From: Planctomycetota bacterium
Lineage (GTDB): Bacteria > Planctomycetota > SZUA-567 > H5-PLA8
Reading direction: 5' to 3'
Assembly: GCA_038227875.1 (NCBI GenBank)
Contig: JBBRPR010000001.1
Coordinates: 1-64,000, forward strand
DNA length: 64,000 bases
Shown: positions 45,501-54,296 of the stretch, piece after piece
How positions within the stretch are numbered: position 1 is the first letter of the stretch
Layout of the letters: every line of letters starts with the position of its first letter
Position numbers and translations under genes: made by a program
The notes under the pieces: model-generated
What the model saw: the letters and a program-made list of their open reading frames with translations, nothing else
Database searches by the model: none
Told to the model about the DNA's origin: nothing

Positions 45501-48500
45501 AGTCGACAGCGGCTCGGTGCGCTATGTAGTCGTGATCTCGGATGAAGAAAATCAGTCGTGGGCGGTCTTCAAACCCAATCCAGCGCTCCCGGTTTCTCTG
45601 GAAGGGACCGGCTGGACCGTGCGCGATCTGGTGAAGCAACAGCTGCTGAAAGGCGCGGAGAAGGATGGCCGGACGGATGTCTCCGTCGATCTGATCACCG
45701 AGCCGGTGACCGTGCTGGCGCTCTACAAAGAAGCACCGTCGGCCGTGACCATCAAAGTCCAAGGCGATGTTCACGCTGGCGGCGATCTGGTGCTTAACAC
45801 GGAGGTGCTGGCCGGCGCAAAACCGCTGGGCGCGGTACCAATTCAGGTCGACATCACCGATGCCGCGGGCGTGGTCCGTTTCTCGGCGTACCGCGGCGCG
45901 GGCGACGAAATCCGCTGCGCCGTTCCCGGATTGGATGTGGCCGGAAATTGGACGATCAAGGTTCAGGAGCAAATCACCGGCGTCACCGCAACTGCGGCCG
46001 TCGCGGTCGGGGCGGCAGTGAAAGCCGAAGCCGCGCTGACGTCGGTGGGTGATGTTCATGTCGTCAACGCCGATCACCTCCATAAATTCATGAAGCGCAC
46101 CAGCGAAAAGCGAATTGTCGTGGAGCCGGGCCAGGAAAAGTTTCTGCCGGTCGCCAGGAAACTCGCCGATGACCTTACCGCTGCCGGAGTGAAGACGACG
46201 GTCTGGCAGACGAAGGCCGACGACTACGACACGCTGCCGATCCGCTGGTACCCGCGCGAAGACGAAGACGTGCCGCGCTGGAACCTGCTCAACGCCGGCA
46301 AGATGATCGCCGTCCGCGAGAACATGAAGCCGTACGTCGACACGGTCAACCGCGCACACATTCCGGAAAAAGGCGGCTACGGCGAAGTCAATCCGCCCTA
46401 CATGGTCGGCTTCGATTGCATTCTTTTCTCCGGTGGGCGACTCGCGGAAAGTCTTCGCGCGCAGACGCCATGGATGGAAACGCCGAACGTTCCGGGCAAG
46501 GGGCAGGGCCGCCTGGTCGTCTGCTTCAGTCCGTTTCTCGCCAATTTTAATGCGCTGGCGCTGGTGGCCAACGATGAGGCCGGGACGAGCAAGGCCGCTG
46601 CGGAATTGCTGAACTTTGCCAAACCCGCTGCTGCTGCAGTTGTGAATGCGCCGGGCGGAGAATGGAAGTCACTGACGCCAACGGTGGCGACGGCTCCCGT
46701 CGTCGAAACGTTCGCACCCTATTCGCCGCTGCGCCACGTTCGCAATCTCTGGGCGACGCGAGACGGCAAGACCGTGGTCTGCCTGGACAGCAAGAACGAT
46801 ACACTCGCGTTCGTCGATCCGGCCGGAAAAGTCGTCGCCTCGGTCGCTACGGAAGTTCAGGACCTGAAACATTCTCACATCGATGACGGTGGACGATTCT
46901 GGACCTGCACGTCCAAACACACGAGCGGCGAATGGTACATGCAGGAGTTGACGTTCCACTGCATCGGTCCTGACGGCACGCAGCACAGCGACTCGCCCGT
47001 TTACAATGGCAGCGTGTACTTCGACACGCTGCCCACGGATTACCCGGGCGGCTTCAATGTCGCGCCCAACGGCACGACAATGCTCCTGGGTCTGCGCGGC
47101 GGTTTTCAACTCGGTGATGTCGGCACGGCAAAATGGAACCGCTTCGCCGACGAACCTTTCGTGCCGGTGCGCGATGCGATCCGGCATCCGCGCTTCCCTG
47201 TCGGGTCGGCGTTCTCGCCGGATTCCAAATACGTGTTGCTGACGATGGACACACGGCCGCCCGGTTGGGGCGGCATGAATATGCCGGCCGAACATCCGTG
47301 CGCCAGTGCCACCTTTCTTTTCGATACGGTAAGCGAAAAAGTGCTCTGGCAACTTCGCGACGATGAGATCCGCAAGTCCACGTATGCGGTGCATACCGGT
47401 TTCGGCGCCGTCTCCCGCGACGGAAGCGTCGCGGCGATTGCCGACTACCGCGGCTCGGTTTACGTCGTCGATAAGACCGGCGCGATCCAACTACAGGAAG
47501 TAATCAACACGAAAATTCCCGAGCGCTTTGCTTCCGGCCCGATCGACGGCGTGGGAGTGTGGATGAGCGAATCGGGAAATCTGACGGCGGCCGCGTTTAA
47601 GAATCTGCTTCTGGTCATCAACGGCAAACACGTGGAACGCGTGAAGTTGCCGGCGATCGCCACCGGCTGCGTCAGTCGCGATGGCACGCTGGCGGTTGCG
47701 GCGCTGGAAAGCGGTGAGGTCGAGGCGTTTGATGCAGAAGGAAAGCCCAAATGGGTGTTCAATTCCAACGGCGTCGCCCCTTTCCTCGCTCCGGTGAACG
47801 ACAACAGCACTCTCGTGGCGACCAGTGAAGGCGATCTGGTGCTGCTCGACGCCGGCGGCAAGGAAGTGCGCCGCACGCACCTGCTCGAAACTACGGAGCA
47901 GGCGCGACATGAAGTGAAGAACGCGGCGGATTTCAAACCGGCAATCATGCCGCAGGCCTACCGCGAACCGGACACGCTGGACGTGGCGAAAAAATTGCTC
48001 GGCGCCAAGGCGATTGCCGCGTGGAAGCCCGCCGGGGCTGCCGTGGCGGCGTTCAATCGCACATTCTATCCCGCCACGGAGAAAATCACGCTGACCGGCG
48101 ATTCGCCGCGCGGCGAGGCTTTCCTGCATCTGGTCTACCGCCGCTTGCCGACAAATAAATCGCTAACCGTCGTCGTGCCGCTGGGCAAGGAAGGCACCGA
48201 AGTCTTCGATCTGGATCTGGAGACGCCCGAATACCGCGTGATCGATATTCCCGTGCAGGGCGTCAAGCCGGTGGTGAACGTGATTCCGACCGGCCCGACG
48301 GAAATCGCCGAATGCACGCTCTACAGCATGCAATGGCCCAGCCCCAATCTGGCGCTGGTCAAGCAAACGAAGACGATGGAGACCTCGCTGGAGCCCGACA
48401 AACTGGACGACACCGCCGATTCCGAGTCGAAGGCCGATGCCGCGCTGATGGAGCTTAAGGGTGAGGACGGCATCATTGGAAAAATGAAGAACTGCGCGAT

Positions 48501-48915
48501 CTTCGTGCCCAATCCGGACGTCGACAAAATCAGCGGGGCATTTCTACGGGCGGGCGTGGATGCATTGAAGATGGTCGACGGCAAACGTTTTGGAAACGCG
48601 CACGTTCCAGCGTGGAAGCCGGGCCTGCTCTTCATGGGCTCGTGGATGACGATTGATTTCGCCAAGCCGGTAACGATCAGCCTGGTGGCGACCTACGATC
48701 GCGCGCAAAAGCAATCGCTGGTGAATCAGAACATTGCCGTCTTTTCCATCGATGGAACGCGTGAAAAAGTGCTCAACGGCATCACGATCAATGACCAGTA
48801 TTGGTGCGTGTTCCCCACGCCCGCGCGCGAGGTAAAAACGCTCGGCGTGCACATTATTGCGCCGAAGGACGAAGGGCTGAGCGAGATTGAGGCGTATCAG
48901 AGTCTCGAGAAGTAG
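42529..48915 (+). CDS. Very large secreted multidomain protein: glycoside-hydrolase-like barrel and trimerisation-like region, beta-propeller, C-terminal discoidin-like domain
   Basis: Signal peptide MPRTWVLTVACLILGFARA (alternative start 42499). Propeller blades AFSPDSKYVL, AVSRDGSVAA, VSRDGTLAV, FDAEGKPKW. C-terminal WMTIDFAKPVTIS...LSEIEAY. The GH-like assignment is tentative. Confidence 0.8.
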   Translation: MPRTWVLTVACLILGFARAGLSEELELDPQPTSTAAAEEIKGGMLFRFVPLNKPTENLEEHLFWRTFEGAVAAEAAPIKLLIDNQPVIAPKEITIKDRGQALQYPLEGHKDLSNGKHVIVPGDIAIVMTSGKITSAHPAIKSDENEVRVLCAPVRLEALDANGVAVPTSINLSFGKERLLRSVEKFSVLTVWLPIGVKYASTLGSFSVGADGKVSALPAELAKDVTVTPEGLRLLVSTPPAAPPRTQTLSRVFAHPLPGGKGTLNCYFNPVVKPGEAARVTFSKKQFESGTGSAFVANEFTYAFPNGSGGACGVEKAVADAALIASELQMEAAELVQLKIPSPAWTATGVMPFKIENKKLGTISQTLVYADPAASLYVIPHRLRSVFTDAENAGFTVLLKPNFPGGSANVICKSDAADAKPLTLGTLQLPAVAGKQFDSRLFAIKTSALPAGNYQLWVEAGGVASSRVPLSIVSWYFRSPFLVHEMPGCAGAWPTDDEGLKVLQDAGVEMISSGGFGSIFKASDMPGVDQALAAALRDELGMPVETAQQRCPADFALQDMLKHHIRIIDFYPRGENFYLEGLSYHHSFKPSVDRMIRRLQIFTQQTMDYPSLWGMNYSWFPALFGYSEGGLDTDIHKRDRNAALAANLKQAGLENLTADERNFYLANAFSDDEAKRAKSLELMQKATRYWKAQMDFGFGRHNKLYNDAVRDVQPGAACVLFENAGHDELKRTRSLFNDMTAMTYESYSDYPEWPMSSSFTTDWGRGNFPGRPLWVTMDPGNSSEGQMKSLFHAFGRGAAGAGTVIVEPLNLQEIKRRTKGHQFVAQYGAIATRGTPDHRFAILSTAAQQVFVGRTQYAYHAMYYHLTRLGCAPVIVDDEDVGNAGIPAGTQVLFLVRQQQPLEPKVLSAIKAFTDKGGKVIVTGDTKVKIDGSIVAGNTVKNIWDLGGFVSHPQLWEEFEKNWEKPLTEALAKAGVPPAAKTDPHRGVVVSVDSGSVRYVVVISDEENQSWAVFKPNPALPVSLEGTGWTVRDLVKQQLLKGAEKDGRTDVSVDLITEPVTVLALYKEAPSAVTIKVQGDVHAGGDLVLNTEVLAGAKPLGAVPIQVDITDAAGVVRFSAYRGAGDEIRCAVPGLDVAGNWTIKVQEQITGVTATAAVAVGAAVKAEAALTSVGDVHVVNADHLHKFMKRTSEKRIVVEPGQEKFLPVARKLADDLTAAGVKTTVWQTKADDYDTLPIRWYPREDEDVPRWNLLNAGKMIAVRENMKPYVDTVNRAHIPEKGGYGEVNPPYMVGFDCILFSGGRLAESLRAQTPWMETPNVPGKGQGRLVVCFSPFLANFNALALVANDEAGTSKAAAELLNFAKPAAAAVVNAPGGEWKSLTPTVATAPVVETFAPYSPLRHVRNLWATRDGKTVVCLDSKNDTLAFVDPAGKVVASVATEVQDLKHSHIDDGGRFWTCTSKHTSGEWYMQELTFHCIGPDGTQHSDSPVYNGSVYFDTLPTDYPGGFNVAPNGTTMLLGLRGGFQLGDVGTAKWNRFADEPFVPVRDAIRHPRFPVGSAFSPDSKYVLLTMDTRPPGWGGMNMPAEHPCASATFLFDTVSEKVLWQLRDDEIRKSTYAVHTGFGAVSRDGSVAAIADYRGSVYVVDKTGAIQLQEVINTKIPERFASGPIDGVGVWMSESGNLTAAAFKNLLLVINGKHVERVKLPAIATGCVSRDGTLAVAALESGEVEAFDAEGKPKWVFNSNGVAPFLAPVNDNSTLVATSEGDLVLLDAGGKEVRRTHLLETTEQARHEVKNAADFKPAIMPQAYREPDTLDVAKKLLGAKAIAAWKPAGAAVAAFNRTFYPATEKITLTGDSPRGEAFLHLVYRRLPTNKSLTVVVPLGKEGTEVFDLDLETPEYRVIDIPVQGVKPVVNVIPTGPTEIAECTLYSMQWPSPNLALVKQTKTMETSLEPDKLDDTADSESKADAALMELKGEDGIIGKMKNCAIFVPNPDVDKISGAFLRAGVDALKMVDGKRFGNAHVPAWKPGLLFMGSWMTIDFAKPVTISLVATYDRAQKQSLVNQNIAVFSIDGTREKVLNGITINDQYWCVFPTPAREVKTLGVHIIAPKDEGLSEIEAYQSLEK

Positions 48916-48942
48916 ACCCTGGTTCAAATTTGTACCAGATTC
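48915..48942. repeat. AAATTT-centred imperfect palindrome
   Basis: GACCCTGGTTCAAA|TTTGTACCAGATTC, 11/14 pairs, starting at the last base of the TAG stop. Confidence 0.7.
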
Positions 48943-48955
48943 GGGGAGCGTGGCA

Positions 48956-50059
48956 GTGAATGTACGAATGATCATCTTTCTCGGGCTGGGCTGGATCACC
49001 ATGACGATGCACGTTTCAGCGCTGGAAACAATCACTGCGACCGACCGGATTGTCTTTGTCGGCGATTCAATCACCGATGGCTTTACCTGTCCCTTGCTGG
49101 TCCAGCAGGCCCTGTCCGAGGCCGGAAAACCCGTACCGAAGCTGATCAACGCTGGCGTCGGCAGCGACACCGCGGAGATGATGGCCAAGCGCATCGAGCG
49201 CGATGTGCTGCCGCAACGCCCAACGCTCGTTTTCCTGAGCGCCGGTGTTAACGACGCGATTCGCAACGTTTCCGTGGAAGCGTATCAGAAGAGCATTAAA
49301 TCGATTACCGCGCAGCTGCAGAAGGAAAACATCCCGATCGTCATTTTCACAGCGACAATCCTGGGTGAGCCAAACGCGGACAAGGAAAAACGCATCGATG
49401 AATTCAACGTTTTCCTACGCGCGTTTGCCGCGGAATCCGGTTACCGCGTCGCCGATGTCAACGCGTTGATGCAGGCGGCACGAAAGTCCGGCGACCAGGG
49501 CATGATCATGACCGATCACGTGCACCTGACGTTCCACGGTTACGAATTCATGGCGCGCGCCGCACTGAATTCGCTGGGGCTAGGCGACCTGAGCGTGCCG
49601 ACGGAACTTAAACCGCCGCCATACTCCGGGTTGATCAAGTCCTGGAAATTCCGCACGGCCAAAGACGCGTTGACCGACCAGACGATCCGCGACGTCACCG
49701 TCGACGGCACCTGGAAGTCGTACGAACTGCCAGAAAAGCAACCCGTAACGGAGAGCTGGTGGACCGAGCACGAACGGCAGCGCGGCACGGCCGTCTCGGT
49801 CGAACGCGAATTCGGAAAGTCGCCGCGGTACATTGGCGTGACGGAACTTGAGGAGAAAGCGCCACGCAGCGTGACGTTCCACGTCGGCGCGGCGCTCGAC
49901 GCCATCTGGCTTAATGGTCAGCGCATCTACAAAGCCTCTGACTGGCGCGGCTGGCATCTGGACCGCGAACGCGCGTCGGCGGAACTGAAAGCCGGACGCA
50001 ATCAGCTCGTGATCGAGACCTGCGGACAGTTCATTTTAACGATGGATGATGGAAAATGA
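48956..50059 (+). CDS. SGNH/GDSL hydrolase family protein with C-terminal beta domain
   Basis: VFVGDSITDG, INAGVGSDT, SAGVND, DHVH. GTG start follows GGGGAG (alternative ATG 48968). Confidence 0.92.
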   Translation: MNVRMIIFLGLGWITMTMHVSALETITATDRIVFVGDSITDGFTCPLLVQQALSEAGKPVPKLINAGVGSDTAEMMAKRIERDVLPQRPTLVFLSAGVNDAIRNVSVEAYQKSIKSITAQLQKENIPIVIFTATILGEPNADKEKRIDEFNVFLRAFAAESGYRVADVNALMQAARKSGDQGMIMTDHVHLTFHGYEFMARAALNSLGLGDLSVPTELKPPPYSGLIKSWKFRTAKDALTDQTIRDVTVDGTWKSYELPEKQPVTESWWTEHERQRGTAVSVEREFGKSPRYIGVTELEEKAPRSVTFHVGAALDAIWLNGQRIYKASDWRGWHLDRERASAELKAGRNQLVIETCGQFILTMDDGK

Positions 50060-50087
50060 CCTTCTGGCAAATTTGCCAGAAGGTCAT
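50056..50087. repeat. Perfect 32-bp palindrome between convergent genes
   Basis: ATGACCTTCTGGCAAA|TTTGCCAGAAGGTCAT, overlapping the TGA stop of the SGNH gene. Confidence 0.9.
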
Positions 50088-50113
50088 CATCGATAAATCG
50101 AATTGCGTCCGAA

Positions 50114-52168
50114 CTACTTCGTGATCGCCGCGGGCAGGTCGGTCTCGGTGATCGCATAGGTGTGGCACGCTTTCAGCTTATAGGACTTCGCCTGTGGCAG
50201 GTCGGTGCCGGTGGAGAGGTCCGTCACCTTGCCGGGCAGCGCAACCTCCCGGTCGGCGAAGTTCCAGACCGTCGCGCGCGTACGTTCCTTGTTATGCCAG
50301 ACCACCGCGTTGCCATCTTCCTGCAGGAAGCGGCGATGCATCTGGGCGCGATTTTTGGAGTAGTCGCGGATCGCGCGTTTGTGCTCGTCGCCCCACGCGT
50401 CGTCGATGCGGATTTGCTTGCCGTCCCGTTCAACGTGCAGCGGCAGGCCGGGGTCGGTCATGTGCGCCAGGCAGCGGTAGACGACCGCCGATTCCTCAAT
50501 CTGCTCCATTTTCATGCCGGGATGTGGAACGGTGACGTAGCCGAGTGAAACCTTGAGCTTGTAGGCGGCGAACATCTGGTCGGGCTTGCCGTAATCGGCG
50601 GGACAGCCGTGCATCGGTAGTCCCCACGGGCCGAAGGATTCGATGCGGAAGTGGTAGCCGAAATCCTGCAGATCCTTGAACGCGAGCAGCAGTTCGCGCC
50701 ACTGGGTGGTCGGCTTCATGTTCGTGTAGCTGACGGGGAAGAAGCCGAGGTTGTAGAAGCTGTCGAAGAAGATGCCTTTCAGTCCGGTCAATTCGGCATT
50801 TTTCTTCAGCCCGTTGACCCAGAAGTTCCGCGCGTCCGGCGTTTTAAAATTCAGGACGCTCATGCAGCCCATGTACGCGCCGCCCCATTTCTGGCGCGTG
50901 TCTTCCAGCAGCACGTACCAGTTTTTGCCATCCGCACGTTCGTTTCTGTTATACGGGCTGGAGAGCGCCTGATCGTTGTTGGTCCATGGATAGACTTCGA
51001 TGCCATGCTCGCGACAATCGTTGACGATCTTCTTGAGTGCTTCGGGACCGCCGAGCTTCGGCGAGACTTCGTACTCGTGGCCGCAGCACATATTCCAATT
51101 CCATACGCCGGGCATTGGTCCCTGCTCGGTCATGGCGGACTTGTTGACGTTGTCGATGAAGATCGCCTCGACGCCCATGTTGATCGCGGCGGGGACGAGG
51201 TCCTTGTAGTAACTCTCGATCGTGAACTTCTGCCAGAAATTCTGGGCCAGCATCAGCGTCAGCGGCTCTTCCTGGATGCCGTATTCGGCGCGCGCGCGAT
51301 CGTGGATTTCATCGAAGGCCCACGTCCAGAGATTGCGTTGATCAATGTCGCTCTTGCGGTCGCTGTTGAGCAGGATCGACTTGGCCGACGTCTTGTAGTT
51401 CAACGCGTGATCGAAGATGTGCTTGTCGAACGTTTTCAGCTCCGGCTTGCCGGGTTCGCGCATCACCAATGAACGGATCAGATCGACGCGCTCGAAAACG
51501 CCCATCAATGTTTCGTTGCCGCGGTACTGGAAGTCGAAGGAACCATGCGACGCCCAGCGCGGCAGATTGTGGGTCATCACCGGATTGTCATTCGGGTCGC
51601 CGAAGTAGAAACGGCCTTCGGTGCTCCATTGTGTCGTCGCGTCGAAGGTTGCCGACGGTGCGGAGCAGGACGATTGCGAAATCGCCGTCGCGCCGAGGAT
51701 ATCGCCGTTGAGTTCCCACGTGGCCTGATCGAGCAGGTAAAAGAGCGGCACGTTTTCGCTGGAGTAATCGTAGTGGTACGAGAAGCCGTCGAAGCTGTGT
51801 CTGAAGAACTGGTCCTTGGCGGGCTTGATCACCAGATCGAGTTTGCCGGTGCCCTCGACGCGTGGAGCGTCCCAGTCGCCGGTTTCGTGAATCGGGTCGA
51901 AGCTGTGATCGCGCATCAACTTCACCGGCAGCGGGCGGAAGATCGCCTCGGTGCGGATGCGGATTTCCGCGGGGCTCTGGTCGATGGCCAGCAGCCGCAG
52001 TTCGCTCGGTTCGGAACCTTGGAAACTCTGCGTGAACGGTCGCAGCGGCAAGCGGCCGGATCGGACTTCCGTTCTGCCGATCGCGATTTTTCCCAGCCCG
52101 ATAAAATTCTGGCCTTCGGTGAGCACTTCGAAACTGCAGGCGCCCAGCTTGATCGTTTCCCGTTTCAC
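50114..52168 (-). CDS. Hypothetical glycoside-hydrolase-like protein (beta-sandwich plus TIM-barrel-like), paralogue 1
   Basis: GTG start after AGGAG; no signal peptide; PKLGGPEALKKIVNDCREHGIEVYPW, LNFKTPDARNFW, LKGIFFDSFYN and IESFG resemble retaining alpha-glycosidase barrels. Confidence 0.75.
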   Translation of the reverse strand: MKRETIKLGACSFEVLTEGQNFIGLGKIAIGRTEVRSGRLPLRPFTQSFQGSEPSELRLLAIDQSPAEIRIRTEAIFRPLPVKLMRDHSFDPIHETGDWDAPRVEGTGKLDLVIKPAKDQFFRHSFDGFSYHYDYSSENVPLFYLLDQATWELNGDILGATAISQSSCSAPSATFDATTQWSTEGRFYFGDPNDNPVMTHNLPRWASHGSFDFQYRGNETLMGVFERVDLIRSLVMREPGKPELKTFDKHIFDHALNYKTSAKSILLNSDRKSDIDQRNLWTWAFDEIHDRARAEYGIQEEPLTLMLAQNFWQKFTIESYYKDLVPAAINMGVEAIFIDNVNKSAMTEQGPMPGVWNWNMCCGHEYEVSPKLGGPEALKKIVNDCREHGIEVYPWTNNDQALSSPYNRNERADGKNWYVLLEDTRQKWGGAYMGCMSVLNFKTPDARNFWVNGLKKNAELTGLKGIFFDSFYNLGFFPVSYTNMKPTTQWRELLLAFKDLQDFGYHFRIESFGPWGLPMHGCPADYGKPDQMFAAYKLKVSLGYVTVPHPGMKMEQIEESAVVYRCLAHMTDPGLPLHVERDGKQIRIDDAWGDEHKRAIRDYSKNRAQMHRRFLQEDGNAVVWHNKERTRATVWNFADREVALPGKVTDLSTGTDLPQAKSYKLKACHTYAITETDLPAAITK

Positions 52169-52212
52169 AGCGGTCTCCTGTTCGCATTGACTTGAGTTTG
52201 GGTTGGTGGCCC

Positions 52213-52238
52213 ACCCCGTCGTAAATTTACCACAGGGT
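52213..52238. repeat. AAATTT-centred imperfect palindrome
   Basis: ACCCCGTCGTAAA|TTTACCACAGGGT, 11/13 pairs, with outer TGGTGG (52204-52209) / CCACCA (52245-52250). Confidence 0.7.
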
Positions 52239-52256
52239 TAGAAACCACCACTCGGT

Positions 52257-54296
52257 TCAGATCTTCGCCGGAAGATCCGTTTCGGTGATCGTGTACGTGT
52301 GGCACGCTTTCAGTGCGTACGTTTTCGACGCCGGCAATTCCTGGCCGGCGGTCTGGTCGATGATTTTTCCCGGCAGCGCCGCGGTGCGATCGACGAAATT
52401 CCAGAGCGTTGCGCGCGTGCGATCGGTGTTGTGCCAGATGACGCCGTTGTCGTCTTCCTGCAGAATGCGGCGCCGCATCTCGGTATGATTGGCGTTGTAG
52501 TCGGCCAGAGCCTGTTTGTGCGCGGTCGTCCAGACTTCATCGACCCGCGTTTTGCCGATGAACAACGGAATGCCCGGATCGGTCATGTGGGCGAGCACAT
52601 AGTAAAGAACGTGCGCCTCGCTGGCGTGCTTGGGCGCACAGTCGTTACCTGTGGGAATGGTGGTGTAACCGGTTCCAAGCCCGACTTTGTAACAGGCGAA
52701 AAGATTGTCGATGTTGTACGACTTCGGGCAACCGTGCTGAACCTGGCCGAAAGGCCCGAAGGATTCGATGAGAAATTTCACGCCCGCGTCTTGAAGTTCT
52801 TTGAACGATTCAAGAATTTGTTTCCACTGCGTCGCCGGCTCGAGATTGGCGTAGTTCACCGGCATGAAGCCGAGATTGTAGAAACTGTCGAAGAGATAGC
52901 CGTCGAGCCCGGTCTGCGCTTTAATTTTCTTCAGTGAATCGGCCCAGTACCTTCGCGCGCCTTCCTGCTTGAAGCTCCAGATGCTGAACGCATTCGTGTA
53001 CGCGCCGCCGTACTTGATGCGCGTGCATTCCATGCGCACGTACCACGGCTGGGTTTCGGGCTTGTACCAATGGTTCATCGGGCTGGAGAGCGCCTGACCG
53101 TTGTTGGTCCACGCGTAGATTTGAATTCCGGCGTCCTTGCAATCGGCGACGAATTTTGAAAGCATCTCCGGTCCGCCGAGTTTCGGTGCGACCTCGTATT
53201 CGTGGCCGCAACACATGTTCCATTTGTTTTCAGGATGCGGGCTGTTCTCCGTCGCCGCGGATTTGTTCATGTTGTCGATGAACAAGCTCTTCGCGCCGAT
53301 GTTCAGCGCCGCCGGCAGCAGATCCTTGCGGTACGTGTCGATGGTGAAGTTATCCCAGTAATTCTGCGAGACGCGGGGGAGGGGCAATTCCTCCCGCAGA
53401 CCGTATTCGCCGCGCGCGCGATCGTGGATCTCCTGAATCGCCCACGTCCAGATGTTCTTCTGATCGACCAGCGACTTGGGACGGGTGTTAAGCAGAATGG
53501 CTTTGGCGGACGTCTTGTATTCGAGAGTCTGGTCGAAAATGAATTTGTCGAAGGTTTTCAACTCGCGCTTGCCCGGCTCGCGCTGCTGGATCGAACGGAT
53601 CAGATCCACGCGCGCAAAAACACCCAGCAAGGTCTTGTCGCCTTTGAATTGAAAATCGAAAGCCTGATGCGATGCCCAGCGTGGAAGGTTGTGAGTCATC
53701 ACCGGGTTGCTTTTCGAATTCGAATCGTCCCAGTGAATCAGGCCTTCCGTTGACCACCGTGTGTCCTTTTCAAACGTGGTCACGGGCGCGGAACAGGACG
53801 ACTGCGAAACCACCGTTGCACCGGTAATGTCGCCGTCGAGTTCCCAGCTCGCTTTATCGAGCAGGTAAAAGAGCGGCACGTCGGTGCTGGAGTATTCGTA
53901 GCGGTAGCTGAAGCCGGAGAAATCGACGCCGCCAAATGCGTCGCGGGCGGGTTCGATTACAAGGTCGAGCGTGCCAGCCCCTCCCGAGCAGGGCACGTCC
54001 CAATCTTGGGTGTCGTGAATGGGGTCGAAGCTGTGATCGCGCATTAACTTCACGTCCAAAGGTGTGAAGTACGCTTTGCAGCGCACGCGAATCGAAGTGG
54101 CGTCCGTTTTTACCCCTTCTAACAGAAGTTTGGACAGCGCGACGCCGGTGAAGCTTTGGGTTTGAACGTGGATCGGAAGCCGCCCGGACCGCACGCGGGT
54201 GTCGCCAATCCGTATCTCTCCAATTCCCAAGTACTTATCTGAATCAGAGAGCAGTTCGAACGAACAGTTTCCCAAGCTCAGAGACTTTCGATTCAC
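52257..54296 (-). CDS. Hypothetical glycoside-hydrolase-like protein, paralogue 2
   Basis: Colinear with 50114-52168 along its whole length (VKLMRDHSFDPIH, NPVMTHNLPRWASH, WNMCCGHEYEV, FDSFYNLGF, LKACHTY). Confidence 0.78.
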   Translation of the reverse strand: MNRKSLSLGNCSFELLSDSDKYLGIGEIRIGDTRVRSGRLPIHVQTQSFTGVALSKLLLEGVKTDATSIRVRCKAYFTPLDVKLMRDHSFDPIHDTQDWDVPCSGGAGTLDLVIEPARDAFGGVDFSGFSYRYEYSSTDVPLFYLLDKASWELDGDITGATVVSQSSCSAPVTTFEKDTRWSTEGLIHWDDSNSKSNPVMTHNLPRWASHQAFDFQFKGDKTLLGVFARVDLIRSIQQREPGKRELKTFDKFIFDQTLEYKTSAKAILLNTRPKSLVDQKNIWTWAIQEIHDRARGEYGLREELPLPRVSQNYWDNFTIDTYRKDLLPAALNIGAKSLFIDNMNKSAATENSPHPENKWNMCCGHEYEVAPKLGGPEMLSKFVADCKDAGIQIYAWTNNGQALSSPMNHWYKPETQPWYVRMECTRIKYGGAYTNAFSIWSFKQEGARRYWADSLKKIKAQTGLDGYLFDSFYNLGFMPVNYANLEPATQWKQILESFKELQDAGVKFLIESFGPFGQVQHGCPKSYNIDNLFACYKVGLGTGYTTIPTGNDCAPKHASEAHVLYYVLAHMTDPGIPLFIGKTRVDEVWTTAHKQALADYNANHTEMRRRILQEDDNGVIWHNTDRTRATLWNFVDRTAALPGKIIDQTAGQELPASKTYALKACHTYTITETDLPAKI

